15,726 bases of DNA from Chlamydiia bacterium (lineage in GTDB: Bacteria > Chlamydiota > Chlamydiia > Chlamydiales > JBMOFD01): the NCBI GenBank assembly GCA_049314435.1, contig JBMOFD010000042.1, positions 1-15,726 on the forward strand, read 5' to 3'. The notes beneath the pieces are model-generated. The model was not told the DNA's origin. It worked only from the letters and a program-made list of their open reading frames with translations, and did not search any database. A program made the translations under genes and the position numbers. This document shows, in pieces, positions 1-6,163 of this stretch (positions are counted from its first letter, which is position 1; every line of letters starts with the position of its first letter).

Positions 1-46
1 GTGAGCAGGTTCGTTTAAGTTTGTGCAGATTTTGGTTGAGCTGTTA

Positions 47-295
47 CTAGCCCAAGACAGCTCCAAAGGCCACCAGGCCAACCCCCACGCCAAAAAAGGG
101 CGTGCAGGTCACTAGGGCTATTCCAAAGCCGAGCATGCTAGCTCCTAGGAGCGCGGCAAAGATCTGCGCTGCAAGGAAGTCTTCTCCAGCGCGAGGGCGG
201 TCCAACGAGAACCCCTGCATGACTGCATAATCTTCAGAGGAGATAGGCCTAAAGTCTGAGTGGTGCTGGCCGGAAACGCTCATATTGCAGTTCAC
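47..295 (-). CDS. Small membrane protein with bilobed hydrophobic segment (Inc-like candidate); start may be ATG at 283
   Basis: 82-aa ORF ending in tandem stops TAG TAA. Polar N-terminus (MSVSGQHHSDF) followed by two hydrophobic lobes (IFAALLGASMLGFGIALVT / FFGVGVGLVAFGAVLG). AT-rich upstream region at about 296-400. Confidence 0.55.
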   Translation of the reverse strand: MNCNMSVSGQHHSDFRPISSEDYAVMQGFSLDRPRAGEDFLAAQIFAALLGASMLGFGIALVTCTPFFGVGVGLVAFGAVLG

Positions 296-491
296 TTGTT
301 TATGGTTTTATGCATTTCTCTGAGCATTCTATCGGATAGATAAATAATTCTGAAAAACGGTCTCATTACATCAAATCAGTGCCGCTAAAATTTATAACAA
401 CCAATTGACGTCGCGTCCTAAGTTTGCCGACGGCATGCCTTCTGGTCACGAGGGGCTCATCAAAGACTGAGGTGCACTCCTTTTGGGCGGA

Positions 492-520
492 TGGAAAAGA
501 ATCAACGGCCCACGTATCCT
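492..520 (+). promoter_or_regulatory. Possible sigma70/sigma66-type promoter for infA
   Basis: TGGAAA(492-497)-N17-TATCCT(515-520), 54 nt upstream of the infA ATG. Only a partial consensus match. Confidence 0.3.
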
Positions 521-574
521 CCCATCAAGCGTTCCCATTTGCGGACGGTTTATACAAGTAAATGAAGAGACCCG

Positions 575-793
575 ATGGCCAAAGAAGACACCTTACGGAT
601 TGATGGAGTCGTGGAAGAACTGCTTCCAGACATGAACTTCCGTGTGAAGCTAAAGAATGGTCGCGTCATACGGGCTCACCTATGTGGCAAGATGCGGATG
701 CGTAACATCCGAGTCCTCGCAGGGGATACGGTCACTGTGGAGATGTCTCCCTATGACCTCACTGTGGGCCGCATCGTTTATCGTCAAAAATAG
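575..793 (+). CDS. infA: Translation initiation factor IF-1
   Basis: 72 aa, MAKED...GVVEELLP...[37 protein letters not shown], matching the IF-1 OB-fold consensus. Confidence 0.98.
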   Translation: MAKEDTLRIDGVVEELLPDMNFRVKLKNGRVIRAHLCGKMRMRNIRVLAGDTVTVEMSPYDLTVGRIVYRQK

Positions 794-895
794 TCGGCAC
801 AATACGCCGAACCGACACGATCCAAGACAGGGAAAGAGGGAGCCAGCTTGCTGCGTTTCCTCAGATCGTGTGAGAGGGAATCCAACAAGTCGAAC

Positions 896-924
896 TTGAA
901 GTTAACGGACAAACTCTATAACCT
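896..924 (+). promoter_or_regulatory. Putative sigma70/sigma66-type promoter for tRNA-Thr/tuf
   Basis: TTGAAG(896-901)-N17-TAACCT(919-924), about 40 nt upstream of tRNA-Thr. Confidence 0.5.
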
Positions 925-963
925 CCCATGATCCACGTGCACGCGGCGGATCAAAAAGAGAGC

Positions 964-1035
964 GCCCAGATAGCTCAGTGGTAGAGCACTTGCATGGTAA
1001 GCAAGTGGTCGTAGGTTCGATTCCTATTCTGGGCA
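964..1035 (+). tRNA. tRNA-Thr (anticodon GGT), CCA not encoded
   Basis: Cloverleaf: acceptor GCCCAGA/TCTGGGC, D-arm GCTC/GAGC, anticodon stem CTTGC/GCAAG with loop ATGGTAA, T-arm GTAGG-TTCGATT-CCTAT, discriminator A. Confidence 0.97.
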
Positions 1036-1171
1036 TTACCCCCTTTGTGGCCGAAAGCGGGCGCCAAGCGTGCGCCTGGCTACAAGTGGAGCTATCTGTC
1101 ACGAGGTTGCGTGGAGTGCGCGAACGCGCGCTATGGATAGCGTTAGGCTGAGCACTTTGGAAGGATGAGCA

Positions 1172-2356
1172 ATGGCAAAGCAAGAGTTTAAGAGGGAAAA
1201 AGAACACGTAAATATCGGGACAATTGGTCACGTGGACCATGGTAAGACCACTTTGACAGCTGCGATCACCGCGGTGCTGGCGAAGAAGGGTGGAGCTAAA
1301 TTCCGCGACTACAGCTCGATTGACAACACGCCTGAAGAGCGTGCGCGTGGGATTACCATCAACGCCACACACGTGGAATACGAAACAGCAAAGCGCCACT
1401 ATGCGCACGTTGACTGCCCTGGTCACGCCGACTACGTGAAGAACATGATCACGGGTGCGGCTCAGATGGACGGAGCAATCCTCGTCGTGGCTGCTACAGA
1501 TGGTCCGATGCCACAGACGAAAGAGCACATTTTGCTCGCTCGTCAGGTGGGCGTTCCTTCTGTCGTCGTGTACCTGAACAAGATGGACATGATTGGCAAA
1601 GGTGACGAAGAGCTCGTGGATCTCGTTGAGATGGAGCTGGGCGAACTACTCGAATCGAAAGGCTACAAGAACGTACCGATCATTCGTGGATCTGCTCTAC
1701 GTGCCCTCGAAGGCGATCCTGAGTACGTAAAGAGCATCGATGCGCTGATGGATGCTGTGGACACCCATATCCCAACACCTAAGCGTGAAGTGGACAAGCC
1801 CTTCCTTATGCCTATCGAAGACGTGTTCAGCATCAGCGGACGCGGTACGGTGGTCACCGGACGTGTGGAGCGTGGCATTGTTCGTAAGAACGACAAGCTG
1901 CAGCTCGTGGGTCTTCGTGAGACTCGTGATACAGTGGCGACTGAACTTGAGATGTTCAACAAGACATTGGATAACGCTCAAGCTGGCGAGAACGTAGGGG
2001 TTCTGCTCCGCGGGATCGACAAGACTGGTGTGGAACGCGGCATGGTGCTCGCAGCTCCAGGGACATGCACTCCTCATACGAAGTTCATGTCACAAGTCTA
2101 CATCCTGAACAAGGAAGAGGGTGGTCGTCATAAGCCCTTCTTCAGTGGGTACCGTCCGCAGTTCTATTTCCGAACAACGGACGTAACCGGTAACGTGACT
2201 CTGCCGGAAGGCGTAGAGATGGTGATGCCTGGCGATAACGTCGAGCTGAACTGCGAGCTGATTGCTCCCATCGCTATGGAAGAAGGGATCAGATTCGCGA
2301 TTCGTGAAGGTGGTCGTACCATCGGTGCGGGTACCGTAACGAAGATCCTGAAGTAA
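1172..2356 (+). CDS. tuf: Elongation factor Tu
   Basis: [33 protein letters not shown] and C-terminal [13 protein letters not shown] motifs. [12 protein letters not shown] and GGRHKPFF resemble chlamydial EF-Tu. SD-like AAGGA upstream. Confidence 0.99.
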   Translation: MAKQEFKREKEHVNIGTIGHVDHGKTTLTAAITAVLAKKGGAKFRDYSSIDNTPEERARGITINATHVEYETAKRHYAHVDCPGHADYVKNMITGAAQMDGAILVVAATDGPMPQTKEHILLARQVGVPSVVVYLNKMDMIGKGDEELVDLVEMELGELLESKGYKNVPIIRGSALRALEGDPEYVKSIDALMDAVDTHIPTPKREVDKPFLMPIEDVFSISGRGTVVTGRVERGIVRKNDKLQLVGLRETRDTVATELEMFNKTLDNAQAGENVGVLLRGIDKTGVERGMVLAAPGTCTPHTKFMSQVYILNKEEGGRHKPFFSGYRPQFYFRTTDVTGNVTLPEGVEMVMPGDNVELNCELIAPIAMEEGIRFAIREGGRTIGAGTVTKILK

Positions 2357-2388
2357 TTTTCTGGAGGGGGCTTGCCTCCTCCAAAAAA

Positions 2389-2461
2389 GGGTGTGTAGCT
2401 CAGCTGGTAGAGCGGCGGTCTCCAAAGCCGCGGGTCGGGGGTTCGAGTCCCTCCGCACTCG
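2389..2461 (+). tRNA. tRNA-Trp (anticodon CCA), 3' CCA not encoded
   Basis: Acceptor GGGTGTG/CGCACTC, D-arm GCTC/GAGC, anticodon stem GCGGT/GCCGC with loop CTCCAAA, T-arm GGGGG-TTCGAGT-CCCTC, discriminator G. Canonical position between tuf and secE. Confidence 0.96.
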
Positions 2462-2530
2462 ATGATGTGAATAGGATGTCCAGGCATCCTGTGAGGTCCG
2501 CAGAGGATCGGAAGCATAGAAGGAAATTTT

Positions 2531-2818
2531 ATGAGTTCTGAATCTCAAACGCGGAAGGGCGATGTTCTGGAGGTGATGGTGCAAGACGTAAGTGAATCAG
2601 CACGACGCTTCAGGGCATTGGACGCGGTACGTTTTTTTGGTGAAGTCAAGCAAGAAGCTCAACGGGTGGATTGGCCTAATCCGCCTGAGCTTCGAACAAG
2701 CACGAAAGTCGTGCTGAGTGCTATGCTGCTCGCCGGTTTCGTCATCTATGGGGTGGACCTCATCCTGCAGGGAGCCATGCATTCGTTGAATGCTCTCTCG
2801 CTCTGGATTGCTAGCTAA
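2531..2818 (+). CDS. secE: Preprotein translocase subunit SecE
   Basis: FFGEVKQEAQRVDWPNPPEL motif followed by one TM helix ending ..GVDLIL. SD AAGGA. Syntenic between tRNA-Trp and nusG. Confidence 0.93.
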   Translation: MSSESQTRKGDVLEVMVQDVSESARRFRALDAVRFFGEVKQEAQRVDWPNPPELRTSTKVVLSAMLLAGFVIYGVDLILQGAMHSLNALSLWIAS

Positions 2819-2833
2819 GTCTTTGGGGTTTTC

Positions 2834-3382
2834 ATGCACAAGTGGTACGTCGTACAGGTCTTAGCTGGCCAAGAGAAGAAGGCTAAGAAAAATATTGAGG
2901 AGTTCCGCGTCATCAAAGGGATGAGCGACTTCGTACAAGAGGCTCTGATTCCGGTTGAAAACGTAGCCGAAGTGAAAGCTGGGCTGCAGAAGATCACGGA
3001 GCGAAGGATTTGGCCTGGGTACATCCTAGTCAAAATGATTCTCAACGATGAGACCTGGATGTACATCAAGAACTCGAATGGAGTTCTTGGGTTCTTAGGT
3101 GGCGAGAAGCCGCAGCCGCTCGATGACCTCGAGGTACAGCAGCTCCTGGCAGACCTGGCACAGAAGGCGACCGAGGTCACGCACAAGCATCAGTTCGAAG
3201 TGGGCGATCGGGTCAAGATCATTGACGGCTTCTTTGTGAATTTCGCTGGCGTTGTCACCGATGTCAATTTGGAGAAGGGTCGCTTGAGCGTGCGCGTCAA
3301 TATTTTCGGCCGCGACACCAAAGTGGACGATCTCGAATTTACTCAAGTAGAGCATGTGCCCGACGAAGAGGCCGATGCCTAG
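2834..3382 (+). CDS. nusG: Transcription termination/antitermination factor NusG
   Basis: N-terminal KWYVVQV, WPGYILVKM, GFLGG and a C-terminal KOW domain (FEVGDRVKIIDGFFVNFAGVV...VNIFGRDT). Confidence 0.98.
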   Translation: MHKWYVVQVLAGQEKKAKKNIEEFRVIKGMSDFVQEALIPVENVAEVKAGLQKITERRIWPGYILVKMILNDETWMYIKNSNGVLGFLGGEKPQPLDDLEVQQLLADLAQKATEVTHKHQFEVGDRVKIIDGFFVNFAGVVTDVNLEKGRLSVRVNIFGRDTKVDDLEFTQVEHVPDEEADA

Positions 3383-3390
3383 TACGCTTT

Positions 3391-3417
3391 TGGGCCCCCT
3401 CTTTAGGGGGAGGCCCA
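3391..3417 (+). terminator. GC-rich hairpin after nusG (possible weak terminator or processing site)
   Basis: TGGGCC-CCCT-CTTT-AGGG-GGA-GGCCCA. No immediate 3' U-tract, so not a canonical intrinsic terminator. Confidence 0.3.
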
Positions 3418-3444
3418 TGAGCTACGTTTGTTCCTAGATACGCA

Positions 3445-3474
3445 TTGACTTCAGAAGACTTGGCGGTGTAGCAT
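3445..3474 (+). promoter_or_regulatory. Putative sigma70/sigma66-type promoter for rplKAJL
   Basis: TTGACT(3445-3450)-N18-TAGCAT(3469-3474). Predicted start near 3481 coincides with the beginning of the structured region. Confidence 0.55.
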
Positions 3475-3480
3475 TGTGCC

Positions 3481-3776
3481 CGCTTGTCGCCGAATTGCAT
3501 AGGGACGAGCATACCCGGGGACGCTGGGAAATTGACGTCTGTGGAGAGGTGAGTAGAGACCTGCAGCTGGCACTGCTGCCGCGGGTCGATCTCAAACTTG
3601 AGGATACAGAAAAGGCCTCCTGTGAGGGGGGGCGGTACGCCATGTGGAAGTGGCGAGTCGCAGTCCAATGAGCCCCCCAAGCTGTCTGCATGGCCTCTCT
3701 GGATCGATCCAGCCGCGGACATTAGGTGCGGGTGAGTCCGCTACAGTGGAACACCAGAGAGCATGACGGAGAGTCC
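3481..3776 (+). ncRNA. Candidate long structured 5' leader / cis-regulatory RNA of rplK
   Basis: At least eight helices found by eye, several with G-U pairs valid only on the + strand (see findings). No match recognised to known Rfam families. Confidence 0.45.
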
Positions 3777-4202
3777 ATGGCGAAGAAAGTAGTAAAGATC
3801 ATCAAGCTCCAGATCCCCGCAGGAAAGGCCAACCCGGGTCCACCAATTGGACCAGCACTAGGGTCCGCAGGCGTCCAAATCGCGGCCTTCTGTAAGGCGT
3901 TCAACGCAGAGACACAGCAGAGGGCTGGGACAGTTCTGCCCGTTGTGATCACCGTGTATGTGGATAAAAGTTTTACCTTCATTACGAAAGAGCCACCGGC
4001 TGCCGTGATGATTAAGGCGGAACTGGGCATTCAGTCCGGTTCCAAAGTGCCCAATCGTGAAAAAGTTGGGAAGTTAACCGCGGCCCAGGTTCGAAAGATT
4101 TCTTCGCTCAAGCGAGCAGATCTAAGAGCCGACTCCGATGAGGCTGCAGACCGTATTATTGCGGGCACTGCACGCAGCATGGGCGTAGACATTACGGAAT
4201 AA
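3777..4202 (+). CDS. rplK: 50S ribosomal protein L11 (true start ATG 3777)
   Basis: [29 protein letters not shown]...GTARSMG. SD GGAGAG just upstream of 3777. The ORF-track start at 3726 adds non-homologous residues. Confidence 0.98.
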   Translation: MAKKVVKIIKLQIPAGKANPGPPIGPALGSAGVQIAAFCKAFNAETQQRAGTVLPVVITVYVDKSFTFITKEPPAAVMIKAELGIQSGSKVPNREKVGKLTAAQVRKISSLKRADLRADSDEAADRIIAGTARSMGVDITE

Positions 4203-4214
4203 CAAAAACAGAAG

Positions 4215-4913
4215 ATGACGCACAAAAGTAAACGCACTCGGGAGATTGCCAAGTCTGTAGATCCTTTGAAGATCTATGGCCTTCGTGAAGCAATCGAACT
4301 ACTGCAACGATGCCCCTCGGTCAAATTTGACCAAACAGTGGGGCTATCGATCGTGTTGGGAATCGATGCTAAGAAGTCGGACCAGCAGGTGCGGGGGACC
4401 GTATCACTACCGAGTGGTACGGGCAGGAAGAACGTTGTTGTCGTTCTTGCCAAAGGGGAGAAGGTCAAAGAGGCTTTGGAAGCTGGCGCTGATTTTGCCG
4501 GGTTCGAAGAGCTCTTTGATAAGATCCGCGATGGTTGGACCTCCTTCGACGCTGTCATTGCCACTCCCGACATGATGAGAGAAGTGGGTAAGCTGGGTAA
4601 GATATTGGGGCCAAGAAACCTCATGCCGACTCCGCGTGCCGGCACGGTGACCACCGAGGTGGCCAAAGCCGTCAGAGAAGTGAAGGCGGGTAAGATCGAG
4701 TTCAAGGCTGATAAACATGGCCAAGTGAACGTCGGGACAGGCAAGCTCTCTTTCTCTGTGGATGCCATCGAGGCGAACGTTCAATCCCTCATCGGGGCCA
4801 TTGGTCGTTCGAAGCCCAGTTCCTCTAAAGGCCAGTTCGTTCGGCAGGTGGTGCTGACTAGCACCATGGGGCCAGGATTGAAACTGAACCTTCGTGAATT
4901 GGCTGTGGTGTAG
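4215..4913 (+). CDS. rplA: 50S ribosomal protein L1
   Basis: KFDQTV, DQQVRGTVSLPSGTG, IATPDMM, LGKILGPRNLMP, STMGPG motifs. Confidence 0.98.
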   Translation: MTHKSKRTREIAKSVDPLKIYGLREAIELLQRCPSVKFDQTVGLSIVLGIDAKKSDQQVRGTVSLPSGTGRKNVVVVLAKGEKVKEALEAGADFAGFEELFDKIRDGWTSFDAVIATPDMMREVGKLGKILGPRNLMPTPRAGTVTTEVAKAVREVKAGKIEFKADKHGQVNVGTGKLSFSVDAIEANVQSLIGAIGRSKPSSSKGQFVRQVVLTSTMGPGLKLNLRELAVV

Positions 4914-4924
4914 GAGAGAGCGTC

Positions 4925-5458
4925 ATGCAAGCAGAAAAACAACTCTTGTTAGATGACCTGTTAGCTGCGGTAGAGAATGCCCCAGCATTCATCATCACAC
5001 GGTATCAGGGCCAATCGGCGAACTCCACCTACCTTTATCGGCAACGTCTTGCCAAAGTGGGTGGACAGTTAGAGGTCGTGCGGAAGCGGGTCTTCCTTAA
5101 GGCCGCTGCTCAAGCCGGACGTACTCTTCCAGAACAGCTGGAAGGGCACATCGGTGTTGTGTTTTCCAGAGGGGATTTCGTAGAAGCGACGAAGGTCGTC
5201 TTCGCGGTCTCTAAGGAGACAGAGGAGCGGGTTCAGGTTCTTGGAGCCTGGTTTGAAGGGCGCCTCTACGGGCCGAGTGACGTGAAGATGATCTCCACGT
5301 TGCCAAGCCGTGATGAGATGCGTGCGCAGTTGCTCGGTACGCTACAGGCTCCATTAGCGGAGTTCCTGGGAGTGGTCGATGCATTGCTAACCAGCATGCC
5401 GAATCTATTGAACAACAAGGTAGATCAGCTCGGTGGCGAAGCTGCCGACGCTTCCTGA
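4925..5458 (+). CDS. rplJ: 50S ribosomal protein L10
   Basis: Position between rplA and rplL. LEVVRKRVFLKAA and LEGHIGVVF are chlamydial-type motifs. C-terminal LPSRDEMRAQLLGTLQAP. SD GGAGAG. Confidence 0.95.
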   Translation: MQAEKQLLLDDLLAAVENAPAFIITRYQGQSANSTYLYRQRLAKVGGQLEVVRKRVFLKAAAQAGRTLPEQLEGHIGVVFSRGDFVEATKVVFAVSKETEERVQVLGAWFEGRLYGPSDVKMISTLPSRDEMRAQLLGTLQAPLAEFLGVVDALLTSMPNLLNNKVDQLGGEAADAS

Positions 5459-5549
5459 TCCGGGCTCAGCCCGTGCGCGTGATGCGCTGTAGTAAAGAGT
5501 TTAACATTTGCGGCGAAATGCCGCGCAACAAGCTAGTTGGAGAACCATC

Positions 5550-5939
5550 GTGAGCCAGCAAACGATTGATCAGCTCGTCGAGTCCCTTAGCCAGCTGACC
5601 GTTCTGGAAATGGCCAAGCTGAAAGAGGCCCTTGAACAGAAATGGGGCGTAAAGGCCCAAGCAGCTGTGGCTGCAGCAGCCGCGCCTGCAGCAGCAGCTG
5701 CAGCACCGGTCGCTGAAGCAACAGACTTCGAAGTCATTTTGGCAGAAGTGCCTGCTGACAAGAAGATTGGCGCCATTAAGGCCGTACGGGAAATTACAGG
5801 TCTTGGTCTGAAAGAAGCCAAGGACCTCGTAGAAGCTGCACCTAAGCAAGTGAAGGCATCTGCACCTAAGGTAGAAGCTGAAGCCCTTAAGAAGAAGTTG
5901 GAAGACGCGGGCTGCAAGGCGACATTGAAGGCGCTTTAA
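5550..5939 (+). CDS. rplL: 50S ribosomal protein L7/L12 (true start GTG 5550)
   Basis: LTVLE...LE.KWGV, Ala-rich hinge, [31 protein letters not shown] at 5539-5542. Confidence 0.98.
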   Translation: MSQQTIDQLVESLSQLTVLEMAKLKEALEQKWGVKAQAAVAAAAAPAAAAAAPVAEATDFEVILAEVPADKKIGAIKAVREITGLGLKEAKDLVEAAPKQVKASAPKVEAEALKKKLEDAGCKATLKAL

Positions 5940-5961
5940 TAGCCTTCAATGATGGGAAATC

Positions 5962-6004
5962 AGCCGGCGAGGAGGGCACTCTGTGCCCTCCTTGCGGGCT
6001 TTTT
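5962..6004 (+). terminator. Intrinsic terminator/attenuator between rplL and rpoB
   Basis: AGCC-G-GCGAGGAGGGCAC-tct-GTGCCCTCCTTGC-G-GGCT followed by TTTT. Same position as the rplL-rpoB attenuator known in E. coli. Confidence 0.75.
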
Positions 6005-6163
6005 GCCCTGGTCGTGAGGGACAATCCGAGGAGCTAGGAGTGGTAACGTTCAGTCCTAGCTCCTGGGTTTGTGCCGTTTGGACTGCGTCCACAGACAGGA
6101 GATCTTCTCCTGATGGCATTAAGTGCATCAAAGCCAAATCATACTAGTCGGGAGCCAGACAAC

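Noticed and set aside
964..2461. tRNAs lacking encoded CCA, A32 in tRNA-Thr, and no rpmG before secE
   Set aside because: All are common states in bacteria, including chlamydiae.
3520..3566. Cobalamin-riboswitch-like words (CTGGGAA, GAGACCTGC)
   Set aside because: The rest of the B12-element core is absent and the gene context does not fit.
3474..3671. 65-aa + strand ORF (and antisense ORFs 3339..3722, 3434..3691) in the nusG-rplK spacer
   Set aside because: The TTG start overlaps the predicted -10 box, there is no SD and no recognisable motif. RNA structure explains the region better, though a leader peptide cannot be fully excluded.
5660..5715. GCA/GCT-rich quasi-repeat
   Set aside because: Encodes the normal Ala-rich hinge of L7/L12.
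6071..6163. Apparent N-terminal extensions of RpoB (also RplK 3726-3776 and RplL 5508-5549)
   Set aside because: Artefacts of longest-ORF calling. SD-supported downstream starts match homologous N-termini.
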